From: Pirellulales bacterium
Lineage (GTDB): Bacteria; Planctomycetota; Planctomycetia; Pirellulales; JAICIG01
Direction: 5' to 3'
NCBI GenBank assembly: GCA_040901675.1
Contig: JBBDYJ010000015.1
Span: forward strand, 121,496-164,741
Length of the DNA: 43,246 nucleotides
Shown here: positions 28,049-37,338 of the stretch, one piece after another
Numbering within the stretch: position 1 is the first letter of the stretch
Layout: every line of letters begins with the position of its first letter
Notes under the pieces: generated by a model
Seen by the model: the letters and a program-made list of their open reading frames with translations, nothing else
The model's database searches: none
What the model was told of the DNA's origin: nothing
Position numbers and translations under genes: made by a program

Positions 28049-30211
28049 ATGAATCGCCCTTGGCTGGCAATCGCGCCTTTGATCTTGTTGTTGCTCTGGA
28101 GCCTGTTGCCGGATGGTGGCCGCGCACGGGCCGGCGAGCCCGCGGCGCGCGTCTACCAGAATCGGCTGACACCGATTGAGAATCCGCCGCCCCTTCTGGC
28201 CGATTACCCGGAATTTGTCGAGCCGGTCCAGGACGTGCGGCGGTTCGAGTCGCCGCGGCTGATCGACGACCCGGCAGCCGATCTGAGCGTGCGGGGCTGG
28301 CGCTTCTCTTACAACGCCCGCGGGATCATCGAAGTGCCAAACCGGTTGGATGCCTCGAAGACGGCGGTGATCGTCGTCCATCCGTGGGGCATCGACGACC
28401 AACAAGGCTGGACCACGCCCGAGCCCGCCGGCGTCGCCTTCGCTTGCACTCCCGAGAAGAATGCGCTCATGCACAAGCATGCCGAGCAGGTTGTCAACCC
28501 GTTGCTCGAGCGGCTGCGGAGCCAGGTCGGTCTCGTGATGTACAGCCTTCCCGGCGGCAAGGATGCAGTGCGCGGCAAGATGTACCGCTCCTTTGACGGC
28601 ACTCCCACCCGCGAAGAGCGCGAGAGTGGAAAGCGCGAGCTGCTCAAGATGCTCCGCTCGTTCGATTACACCGGATCGCCGCTGCCCGAGCAATTGCCGC
28701 TCACGTCGGGCAAGCCGGCAATCGATTATTTCCAGCACTTTCCCGGCCTGGACGCCGGCGACCTCTACAACAACGCGGGCTTCTGGAAGCTGCCCATCCC
28801 CGTGATGGAGGCGATCGACGTCCACCCCGGCGACGTCGTGATTTACGACGCCGAGGGCTACGCGGCCCTCAAAACCTTCATGCAGGACGCGGGGATAGAA
28901 CACGTGCTGCTTTGCGGCTATCACGCCGACATGTGCGTCTGCAAGACAACGGCCGGCTATGAGAATCTGCGGCGCGACTTCAACGTTTTTCTCGTGGGCG
29001 ACGCCGTCCAGTCGACTTTCCCGGCCAACACGACGGCCCGCCACGCCACGAATCAAACCGTCTCCTTCGCCGCGCTCGAACTGTTCATCACTCAAGCGTC
29101 CTGGATCCGGCACGACGACGATGACGCCGTCGCCCGCGCGTCTTCCAGGCGGCAGGGCCCGGTCAGCATCGAGCGGACCGCTTCCGGAAGCACAAACGGC
29201 AGTTCGGAATCTGCCACCCTCCCCTCGCGGGACGCCGCCGATTACCGCTGGGTGAACGTCACGTCGAAGGCGGCCTTCGCCCCACGAGACGGCGCCGGCG
29301 CGCTGGTCTTCAAGGGCCGGATGTGGCTGCTGGGCGGTTGGAACCCGTCCGACAAGCAGCACTTCCCGCGTATCTGCAATAACGAGGTCTGGAGCTCCGC
29401 CGACGGCGCGGCCTGGACGCTGGAAAAGCCCAACACGTTCCTCGACCGGTCGTTCGATCCCCAATCCGATTGGGAGGGCCGCCACACGGCGGGCTACGCC
29501 GTCTACAAGGACAAGATGTGGATCGTCGGCGGCGACGTGAACCAGGGGCATTACCACTCCGACGTCTGGAGCTCGCCGGACGGCAAGTTGTGGACGCGCG
29601 TCAACCAGGGCCGCGACGTGCCGTGGGGCCCACGGGCCCTGCACCACACGCTGGTCTTCAACGACCGGATGTGGGTCATGGGCGGCCAGACCATCCCGCA
29701 GTTCGCGGCGGGGAAGGAATCGTTCCATCGCGACATCTGGACGACGTCCGACGGAGTCGAGTGGGAACAGGTCCAGCCGCAAGAACCCTACTGGTCGGCC
29801 CGCGGGATGATCGGCGGCAGCGCGGTCTTCCAGGGGCGGATGTGGATCCTGGGCGGCGGCACGTACGACACGCCGGGCGTCCCGGAGCGGAAGTTTTACA
29901 ACGACGTCTGGAGCTCGGCCGACGGCGTGCGCTGGCAGCGGCACGTCGAGCACGCTCCCTGGGAACCGCGGCAGTACCACGAAGTGGCCGTCTTCGACGA
30001 CCGGCTCTGGGTGCTCGAGGGCTACCACCACTCCAACCGTAACGACGTCTGGCACTCGTCCGACGGCGTCGATTGGCACGAGCTGCCCGACACCCCATGG
30101 GCTCCGCGGCACACCGCGAGCGTCTTCGTCCACGACGGGGCCCTCTGGATGGTGGCCGGCAACAACATGCAGCCGGATGTCTGGAAGCTCCAGCGCAGGG
30201 GGCTTCCGTGA
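28049..30211 (+). CDS. Secreted isochorismatase-like (cysteine hydrolase) domain fused to a Kelch-type beta-propeller
   Basis: Signal peptide; TAVIVVHPW; EHVLLCGYHADMCV; VFLVGDA; about six R.....VF..RMW..GG...NDVWSS.DG..W repeats. Confidence 0.8.
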   Translation: MNRPWLAIAPLILLLLWSLLPDGGRARAGEPAARVYQNRLTPIENPPPLLADYPEFVEPVQDVRRFESPRLIDDPAADLSVRGWRFSYNARGIIEVPNRLDASKTAVIVVHPWGIDDQQGWTTPEPAGVAFACTPEKNALMHKHAEQVVNPLLERLRSQVGLVMYSLPGGKDAVRGKMYRSFDGTPTREERESGKRELLKMLRSFDYTGSPLPEQLPLTSGKPAIDYFQHFPGLDAGDLYNNAGFWKLPIPVMEAIDVHPGDVVIYDAEGYAALKTFMQDAGIEHVLLCGYHADMCVCKTTAGYENLRRDFNVFLVGDAVQSTFPANTTARHATNQTVSFAALELFITQASWIRHDDDDAVARASSRRQGPVSIERTASGSTNGSSESATLPSRDAADYRWVNVTSKAAFAPRDGAGALVFKGRMWLLGGWNPSDKQHFPRICNNEVWSSADGAAWTLEKPNTFLDRSFDPQSDWEGRHTAGYAVYKDKMWIVGGDVNQGHYHSDVWSSPDGKLWTRVNQGRDVPWGPRALHHTLVFNDRMWVMGGQTIPQFAAGKESFHRDIWTTSDGVEWEQVQPQEPYWSARGMIGGSAVFQGRMWILGGGTYDTPGVPERKFYNDVWSSADGVRWQRHVEHAPWEPRQYHEVAVFDDRLWVLEGYHHSNRNDVWHSSDGVDWHELPDTPWAPRHTASVFVHDGALWMVAGNNMQPDVWKLQRRGLP

Positions 30212-31146
30212 CGCGTGCCGTCGATCCCGAGCGGCTGCGCACCGTGCACCTCGTGCCGCTGACGGCGCTGGCGCCGGACGGGCGGCTGAACCTCGACGCC
30301 CAGGCCCGGCACACGGCGGCCATGGCCGCGGCGGGGATCCGCGTGTTCCTGCCGGCGGCGGGGACCGGCGAGTTCCACAGCCTCACCGCCGACGAGATTG
30401 TGGAGGTCGTGCGGACGACGCGGGAAGCGGCCGGGGCGGAGGCGCTGGTCTTCGCACCCGTCGGCGGGCCGATCGGCCAGGCGCTCGATGTGGGCGGGCG
30501 CGCGCTGGCCGCCGGGGCGGACGGCCTGCTGTTCATGCCCTTCCAGCACCCGTACCTGAGCGATGAGGGCGCGCGGGACTATTACCTGGCGATCCTCGAC
30601 CGGCTGGCGGCCCCGTCGATGATCTACAAGACCGCTCCCATCCCCAGCAACTACCTGTTGTGCGAGCTGGCTTCGGATCCGCGGGTGATCGCCGTGAAGT
30701 ACGCGGTCAACAGCCTGCACGAATTCCGCGGCGCCGTGCGGCGGGGCGAAGCCTGCGAGTGGCTGTGCGGGTCGGCCGAGCGCTTCGCTCCCTACTTCAT
30801 GCTGGCCGGGGCGAGCGGATACACGAGCGGGGCTGCCAACCTCTGCCCCAGCATCAGCCTTGCGATGCACGCCGCGTTTGCCGAGCGCCGGACCGACGAG
30901 GGATTCCGCCTGCAGCAACTGCTGCTGCCCATCGAGGAGTTCCGCGCCCGCGACGGCGACAGCTACGGCATCAGCATGCTCAAGCACGCGCTGGCGTGCA
31001 CGGGAACTCCGGTCGGCCTCCCGCGCCCGCCGCAGCGGCGGCTCACGGGCGGCGAGCAAACGCAGATCGAGTCGCTGCTGCCGCCGATCCTGGAGGCCGA
31101 GGCCGCGCTCGCGGGGCGCCAGCCCGATCTCAGTCGAACGAGATGA
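30208..31146 (+). CDS. Dihydrodipicolinate synthase family protein (class I aldolase/dehydratase)
   Basis: AGTGEFHSL, GADG, MIY, AVKYA (Schiff-base Lys), GYTSGAAN; GTGA overlap with upstream stop. Confidence 0.88.
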   Translation: MTRAVDPERLRTVHLVPLTALAPDGRLNLDAQARHTAAMAAAGIRVFLPAAGTGEFHSLTADEIVEVVRTTREAAGAEALVFAPVGGPIGQALDVGGRALAAGADGLLFMPFQHPYLSDEGARDYYLAILDRLAAPSMIYKTAPIPSNYLLCELASDPRVIAVKYAVNSLHEFRGAVRRGEACEWLCGSAERFAPYFMLAGASGYTSGAANLCPSISLAMHAAFAERRTDEGFRLQQLLLPIEEFRARDGDSYGISMLKHALACTGTPVGLPRPPQRRLTGGEQTQIESLLPPILEAEAALAGRQPDLSRTR

Positions 31147-32023
31147 CCTGCCTCCAGTTCTCGAAGATGATCCGCTCGATCGCCTCGGCGGGAAATTTTG
31201 GCAGGCCGCCGGCGGCCACCACGTCGTTCACTTTCCGCAGGCCGGCGATCACCTGCGCAGGGGTGGCCGAGGGGAAGTCGGAGCCGAAGATCAGCTTGTG
31301 CTCGACTCCGTACTCCAGCGCGGTCATAAAGGCCTGCCAGTGCCGCCAGGGCCGGTAGTGCAGGGCCGAGACGTTGGCGTAGAGGTTGGGGTGCTTGCGG
31401 ATGAGCACGATGCACTCGGTCTCCCAGGGATGCCCCATGTGCGAGATGATGATCCGCAGGTCCGGGCAGGCGATGGCGATGTCTTCCAACTGCACCGGGT
31501 TGGCATACTTGAGCGGGCCGGGGCGGACGAACGTCGTCCCCTGGTGGATGTTCACGGGAATGCCGAGCTGCTCGGCCTTGCGGAACAGCGGCAGGTGTTT
31601 TGGATCCTGGGGGTCCCAGTTCTGGTAGATCGGTGCGCACTTCAGACCGCGCAATCCCAGCCTGGTGACGTAGTGTTCCAGTTGGTCCACGCAATCCGGG
31701 TCGTTGGGATCGACCGAGCACCAGCCGACGAAGCGGTCCGAGTGCCGAGCGGCGAATTCGGCGATCATTTCCTGGTCGACGTCGATGCCGGAGTACGGCG
31801 CCCGGATGCCGAACACGATCACCTTGTCGCAGTCGCTGGTCGCGTCCAGCAGCGTGTCGGGGGTGGAGTCGAAAGCGTTGTTCTCGTCCTTGCCGGCCCC
31901 GGCGAAGTACACGTCCGGCGATAAACGCATCTTGGCCTTCTTGGCCGCCAGTCCGAAGCGGACGAACTCTTCCGACAGGTGGTCCGGGTACCAGCAGAGG
32001 TTGGTGTGCGTATCGACGAGCAT
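31130..32023 (-). CDS. Amidohydrolase_2 family metal-dependent hydrolase
   Basis: DTHTN, GLRGLK..P, IPVNIHQG, IISHMGHP, IFGSDFP, IFEN. Confidence 0.9.
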   Translation of the reverse strand: MLVDTHTNLCWYPDHLSEEFVRFGLAAKKAKMRLSPDVYFAGAGKDENNAFDSTPDTLLDATSDCDKVIVFGIRAPYSGIDVDQEMIAEFAARHSDRFVGWCSVDPNDPDCVDQLEHYVTRLGLRGLKCAPIYQNWDPQDPKHLPLFRKAEQLGIPVNIHQGTTFVRPGPLKYANPVQLEDIAIACPDLRIIISHMGHPWETECIVLIRKHPNLYANVSALHYRPWRHWQAFMTALEYGVEHKLIFGSDFPSATPAQVIAGLRKVNDVVAAGGLPKFPAEAIERIIFENWRQVISFD

Positions 32024-32029
32024 CGTTTG

Positions 32030-32986
32030 TTAGCTCCGCAGCAGCCGAACGGGCGCACGAATCTTGGGGTCCTTGGCCCAAGGCACATCCAGTTGCACTT
32101 CGACAAACCAATCGATGCTGAAGAGCTTGCCGCGCAGCGTCGGCGGCCCGGCCAGCTCGACGGGCAGCGAAAAAGTCTGCGAGAAACGCCCCTGGATGGG
32201 GTTGGCCTCGCAGATCTGGACGCGTTGGCCGGCATGACGGGCGCTTGCGTGGTGGCCCTGGGCCTTAGTCTGCTCGGTCGCCACGAGGCTGGCCCACAGC
32301 GCGTTGACCGTCAACGGCTTGTCGTTTTCGATCACCACGATACCCTCGATCGTCTCCCCCTGGCGGAACACGTCATCGGCTAGCGCCAGCTCGACGCGCA
32401 CGTCCGGCGCCAGCAGCTTGTTCCAGAATCCGCCGCCGCCATCGCCGGGATAGCGCACCCGCACGCTCTGCGAGGGCGGATCGGCGGCCGGCAGCGGCGC
32501 CACGTCGAACGAATGCTTGGCTTTCAGGTCGAAGGCCAGCGGGACGTCGCAATGGACCGACAGCTCGTAGAATATCCGCGAATTCGTGCCGGTGTGCGTG
32601 GCCGGGGCGCCGTCCGGCACCATCACGTCCACCTCGAAGGAGTGCTCTCTTGGCTCCAGGACGACGTGCCGCCCGCCGCCCACGAGGGTGGCCAGGGCGT
32701 CTCCCAGGCCGCGAAAGCACCCCAGCGGCTCATGACCGGCCAACACCTTCTGCTGATCCACAATATGGACGTGCTCCACGGCCGTATGGGTCGTGGTGGT
32801 GGTGTGCCCCTTGCTGTCGGTGCTGGTGGTGGTGTAGGTGGCCTTGGTTTCCTCGGCGCCCCAGAAGCGCGCGTGGATGCCACGGACCTTCAGCCGCTTT
32901 TCCAGCGTCAGCACGATCGGCACCGTGACCGTTTCGCCGCGGACCAGTTGGCTACTTGGCGCATGGATTGCGAGTTGATTCGCCAT
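32030..32986 (-). CDS. Spo0M / arrestin-like double beta-sandwich protein
   Basis: GETV....VRGI..RFWGAEET; F...VPDGAPAT..G...RIFYEL....DVP; second half repeats the pattern (GETIEG..PPTLRG..IDWFVEVQLDVPW). Confidence 0.7.
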   Translation of the reverse strand: MANQLAIHAPSSQLVRGETVTVPIVLTLEKRLKVRGIHARFWGAEETKATYTTTSTDSKGHTTTTTHTAVEHVHIVDQQKVLAGHEPLGCFRGLGDALATLVGGGRHVVLEPREHSFEVDVMVPDGAPATHTGTNSRIFYELSVHCDVPLAFDLKAKHSFDVAPLPAADPPSQSVRVRYPGDGGGGFWNKLLAPDVRVELALADDVFRQGETIEGIVVIENDKPLTVNALWASLVATEQTKAQGHHASARHAGQRVQICEANPIQGRFSQTFSLPVELAGPPTLRGKLFSIDWFVEVQLDVPWAKDPKIRAPVRLLRS

Positions 32987-33187
32987 GACGGCACTTTCCC
33001 GGATCGTTCCGCAACAAGCTCGCCGGCGGCCCCATTGTCGGCGCAGCCCCGGCGACCTGCAACTAGCGGCCTGTTCCGTCCTTTTTTCTGGTATGCTACT
33101 GGGGGACAGGACTGACATGCCTGGCCGGTTAACTTCCGCCCGCCTGGGTTTGGGGAGAAAGCGAGGACAACGGCCCGTGAGGTAACT

Positions 33188-33583
33188 GTGGTGCCAAACG
33201 ATAACCCGTATGGAAGTCCCGCTCAAAGCAAGAGAGCGTCGGCGCGTCCGTTGGTCCGACGACCTTCTTGGGTGGTTGTCGGCGTCGCATGCCTCTGCGT
33301 CCCGGCACACGTGTATTTGACAGTCGAGGTGATGGTTGGTTTCGCCGACAGTTCGACACTGCCATTGGTCGGTCAGGTCCCTGAGGGCTTGTTTAGTCGT
33401 CAAGCGGTGGCCGCTGGCATTTTTTTAGTGAATACATCTGTCGTCGCTCTGGGGTTGTGGCTGTCCTGGCAAGTCATCCGGCGGGGAAATACGTTGCAGA
33501 AGGCGGTGTGCCTGTTGCCGGCCGTTATTCTAGTAATTTGGCCGGGTTGGATGATCATTCAAATTGTTAGTGTCGGCTTCTGA
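33188..33583 (+). CDS. Hypothetical membrane protein, paralog A
   Basis: GAGGT RBS; NPYGSP N-terminal motif; 3 hydrophobic segments; lower GC. Confidence 0.7.
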   Translation: MVPNDNPYGSPAQSKRASARPLVRRPSWVVVGVACLCVPAHVYLTVEVMVGFADSSTLPLVGQVPEGLFSRQAVAAGIFLVNTSVVALGLWLSWQVIRRGNTLQKAVCLLPAVILVIWPGWMIIQIVSVGF

Positions 33584-33645
33584 TGTCCGCACTTCCCTGA
33601 ACATTCGCCTCGAGCAACGGGTTCCTGTGAAATGACGAATGCCGT

Positions 33646-33987
33646 ATGACAAGAAAGAGGCCGATTGGGTCGCGTAGTCGCGGTGCCGCCTGGTGGGTCA
33701 CGGTGGGCGCGAATCTGTCTGTCGTGACCGTTGGCGTGCTGTTGTACCTGCTCATCTGGTACGGTGTTAACGGCATCGGCGGTAAGCATTATTGGTGGAT
33801 TTCCGAGTTGATTGAATGGGCTTTGCTCATCGTAAGTGTTTCCGGTGCGCTGCAGGCTTTTTGGTGCTTGCGTTTTGGGAGCAAGCGGCAAAAGCTTTTA
33901 TGCGTAGTGCCGATGGTGATTCTGATCTGGGTGGCAGGATGGCTCCTCTGTAGTCTGGACATACTATTGAAGGTGGTTCCGGGTTGA
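33646..33987 (+). CDS. Hypothetical membrane protein, paralog B
   Basis: 3 hydrophobic segments; RFGSKRQKLLCVVPMVIL resembles RRGNTLQKAVCLLPAVIL of paralog A. Confidence 0.65.
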   Translation: MTRKRPIGSRSRGAAWWVTVGANLSVVTVGVLLYLLIWYGVNGIGGKHYWWISELIEWALLIVSVSGALQAFWCLRFGSKRQKLLCVVPMVILIWVAGWLLCSLDILLKVVPG

Positions 33988-34559
33988 TGGCGACTGCTGC
34001 GCTCATCATCGTGGTTGGTGTGATTGGCCTTGGTCTGGCGATTCTCGTCGTGGCAAGGCCGACCAACACCTGCGTGGCCATTCGATTCAGTTTGCGGCAG
34101 ATGCTGTTGTGGACCGCTTGCGTTGCGGTGCTGCTTGGACTTTTCGTTTATCGTGCTCCGAGCGGAACAGGGTATATCCTGTCGCTGCCAGTTTTCGCTG
34201 TGTGGCTGGCAATAGTCGGGGTGAGGTATCGTCACGCCCAGTGGCACCATTTGGCGTTCGCTGTGGCGGCGGGCTTTGCGATTGCAACGGTGGTCGAAAT
34301 CGAACTGGCCTCGGGCTACGGTTCGCCGCTACCAATCATTGGGCAGATACCAGGGCCTCCATCCAAGGCGATGCAAGCCGTAAACCGGGCCCTAATGGCC
34401 ATGTTCGCAGGTTTCGGGTTCTGGCAGTCGATCTATGGAGTGCGGAAGGGAAAGGGTCTTCTGAGGATGAGTTGTGCCATGACGGGGCTCGTCCTTGGCG
34501 TCGCCGCGGTTGGTATGATTGTCTCCATTCTGGACCTTTGGTTTCGCTGGGGGTTATAG
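33987..34559 (+). CDS. Hypothetical membrane protein, paralog C
   Basis: TGATG coupling to the upstream stop; RFSLRQMLL motif; about 6 hydrophobic segments; SPLPIIGQIP resembles STLPLVGQVP of paralog A. Confidence 0.7.
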   Translation: MATAALIIVVGVIGLGLAILVVARPTNTCVAIRFSLRQMLLWTACVAVLLGLFVYRAPSGTGYILSLPVFAVWLAIVGVRYRHAQWHHLAFAVAAGFAIATVVEIELASGYGSPLPIIGQIPGPPSKAMQAVNRALMAMFAGFGFWQSIYGVRKGKGLLRMSCAMTGLVLGVAAVGMIVSILDLWFRWGL

Positions 34560-35309
34560 ACGGTTATAGACAAACACCTGGCGCGTCTCGAGCTGGTAAA
34601 CCCAGCCGTGCAGCGCCAGCTCGCCGCGGGCCAGGCCCGCAGCCACCGCGGGATGCGTCCGCAGGTGGTCCAGTTGAATCAGCACGTTGTGCTGGATGGC
34701 CACGTTCAATTGATCCGCCTTGCCCAGGTGAGCGTATTTCTGCCGCACGATCCGGCGGGCCGCCTCGCCGTGGCGCAGCCAGGCGCGCACCGCAGGCATC
34801 GAATCGCGGATGGCGTCGGCAGCCAGCAGAGCCTGGATGGCACGGCAGTCGGAATGCCCGCAGACCACGATCTCCCGGACGCCCAGGCCGACGAGAGCAA
34901 ACTCGATGGTGGCCGCCTCCCCGCCGCCGGCTGTCCCGTGCGGCGGCACCATGCCGCCCGCGCTGCGCAGTATGAACAGCTCGCCCGGCTCGGCCTGCAT
35001 GATCAAGTCAGGGTTGACGCGTGAATCGGAGCAGGTGATGAACAGCGCTCGCGGGCGCTGCGCTTCGGCGATGCCTTTCTGAGCGTCACCTGGTACGGCG
35101 TCCAGTTGGCTGTGCTCAATATCCGATTCATGTCGGGCCGGCGGCCGGCAAAGCCGTTCGAAATCTTCCCAGGCGAGATCGCCGAAAGGCAATCCCTGCT
35201 CGCGCGTTTCCGCGGATGGCGCGAACTCGATGATCCGGTCGTCGAGAGGAGGCGCGGGCCTTTCGGATAACGGGCCAAGACGCGACCAAGGTTTGGCGGG
35301 TTCGCTCAT
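34554..35309 (-). CDS. Beta-class carbonic anhydrase with a foreign N-terminus (chimera, possibly decaying)
   Basis: FITCSDSR and CGHSDC zinc ligands, ATIEFA, LHGWVY; the first ~80 aa are not CA-like. Confidence 0.8.
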   Translation of the reverse strand: MSEPAKPWSRLGPLSERPAPPLDDRIIEFAPSAETREQGLPFGDLAWEDFERLCRPPARHESDIEHSQLDAVPGDAQKGIAEAQRPRALFITCSDSRVNPDLIMQAEPGELFILRSAGGMVPPHGTAGGGEAATIEFALVGLGVREIVVCGHSDCRAIQALLAADAIRDSMPAVRAWLRHGEAARRIVRQKYAHLGKADQLNVAIQHNVLIQLDHLRTHPAVAAGLARGELALHGWVYQLETRQVFVYNRL

Positions 35310-35931
35310 GACGATCCCCTCGCGAAAAGCCGCAGCCCACTAACTATTCGATCAATTCCACTGAGTATTCGATCACTCCGCGAGCGGCCGGTCAACCATC
35401 TGGGCCGCTGGGAGAGCGTGTCGACGACGCCGAGAAAGAGGTCCCAGCCGGGTTCGTGGACAGCGTCGCTGTCTATCCGCGGCAGCCGTGACACCCCGCT
35501 GGTCAATTGGCGGTTGTCGGTAAGTCGGAAGGGCGGTGGTCGGCTCGTCCAGTGATTGCTTGGACACCGGGCCGTGAAGAATCCTCACCGCGCTCTGCGT
35601 GGCCCTCGCGGCTTACTTGCCGGAATAACGACGCGCGCTCGGATGTGTGCGACAACCGCGGCGTGGGGACCTTCCTCGATCAAGTCAATCCGCACCAGGG
35701 CTCGTCCTCCGCCGCGATCTCGTTGGGGGCGTTTTACTGACCGCTGGACGCGTCCCAGACCTTCGCCTCGAAGCGGGCCCGATAAACGTCCCAGGGCGAC
35801 TGGCGGGGCAGGCGGGCGCAAAGCGAGCTTGGGAGGCTCCGGGATGCCGGATTCTTGCTTTCAACGCATCGACCAGCTTTGATAGAATGGCGCCGCCTAT
35901 CCTGTAGGGGCCGCGAGGCGGAGACGGGAAA

Positions 35932-37257
35932 ATGATCCGATTAGGCGTCCAGCCGTTTCGAACTTGTGCGGGCACCAGCCGCCGCGAATTCCTGCAGGTG
36001 GGCGGCGCCAGCTTTCTGGGGCTCTCGCTGCCAGGCCTGCTGCGGGCACAGGACCAGGGGGCCGCCGACCGCGGCAACGACGTCTCGGTCATCTTGTTGT
36101 TCTTGTGGGGCGGCATGCCGCAGTCGGACACCTTCGATCTCAAGCCGCGCGCGCCCGACTCGATCCGCGGCCTGTTCAAGCCGATCGACACGGCCGTGCC
36201 CGGCATCCGGATCTGCGAGCACCTGCCGAAGCTGGCCGCGGCCGGGAAGCAGTATGCAATCGTCCGCTCGGCGCATCACCGCGAAACGGAGCATCCCCGC
36301 GCCGGCCACTACATGATGACCGGCAACCAGGTGATCCGCGGCCAGGAGTGGCCGAACATGGGCGCCACGATCAGCAAGTACGCCGAGGGGGACAACGCCT
36401 TGAGCTCGGTGGTCATCGGCCCCCGGTTGATTGACATGCCAATCACGCCCACCGGCCAGGACGGCGGCTTTCTGGGCAACATCTACTCGCCGTTCCGCGT
36501 GACTGACCCGACCGTGCCGCTGGATAAGCTGGCGGCCATGTCGCCGCCGGAGTCGGTCAGCCAGGAGCGCACCGAGCACCGCGGCCGCTTATTCCGCACG
36601 ATCAACGAGTTCCAGCGGCACCTGGAGAACGGCGAGACGGCATTGCTCGACAAGGCCTATGAGCGAGCCGGGGCGCTGACCACGAGCCCGCAGGCCAAGG
36701 CGGCCTTCGACTTGAGCCGCGAGCCCCAGCCAATGCGCGAGCGATACGGCACTTACGGCTTCGGCCAGGGCGCGTTGATGGCCCGGCGGCTGATCGAGGC
36801 CGGCGTGCGCTTTGTGCAGGTCAACTGGCGGGCCCATCCGATCAACGACTACGGCTTCGACAATCACGGCGACAATTTCAACAAGCTCAAGGGCCACCAA
36901 TTGCCGCAGGTCGACCAGACCGTTACGGCACTTTTGGACGACCTCGAATCGCGCGGCATGTCGCAGCGGACGCTGGTGCTGATGTCCGGCGAATTCGGCC
37001 GCACGCCAACCGTCAACAGTGCCGCCGGCCGCGATCACTGGCCGTTCTGCTTTTCGTACCTGATTGCCGGGGCGGGCGTCGCCGGAGGCCGCGTGATCGG
37101 CGCCAGCGACCAGTTTGCGGCCTATCCCAGCGACCAGCCGGTCAGCCCCGAGCAAACGGTGGCCACGGTGCTGGGCCGGGTGGGGTTGGACCTGGAGAAG
37201 CTGAAAGCGGCCGGCGTTCTGGAAGAAACCCACGGCATCGAGGGCTTGTTCGGCTAG
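35932..37257 (+). CDS. DUF1501 domain protein
   Basis: SRREFLQ; ILLFLWGG..Q.DTFDLKP; ARRLIEAGVRFV; GEFGRTP; GRDHW. Confidence 0.93.
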   Translation: MIRLGVQPFRTCAGTSRREFLQVGGASFLGLSLPGLLRAQDQGAADRGNDVSVILLFLWGGMPQSDTFDLKPRAPDSIRGLFKPIDTAVPGIRICEHLPKLAAAGKQYAIVRSAHHRETEHPRAGHYMMTGNQVIRGQEWPNMGATISKYAEGDNALSSVVIGPRLIDMPITPTGQDGGFLGNIYSPFRVTDPTVPLDKLAAMSPPESVSQERTEHRGRLFRTINEFQRHLENGETALLDKAYERAGALTTSPQAKAAFDLSREPQPMRERYGTYGFGQGALMARRLIEAGVRFVQVNWRAHPINDYGFDNHGDNFNKLKGHQLPQVDQTVTALLDDLESRGMSQRTLVLMSGEFGRTPTVNSAAGRDHWPFCFSYLIAGAGVAGGRVIGASDQFAAYPSDQPVSPEQTVATVLGRVGLDLEKLKAAGVLEETHGIEGLFG

Positions 37258-37338
37258 GCCAAGGCGGCCAGCCTGTTTCGCCATGGCCGGCACGATTCGC
37301 CCCATCGCTGGGGCTGGCACACTCTTGGATCATGCACC

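Noticed and set aside
35306..35900. Short ORFs between the CA and DUF1501 genes
   Set aside because: No recognisable motifs or RBS; possibly decayed fragments but not supportable
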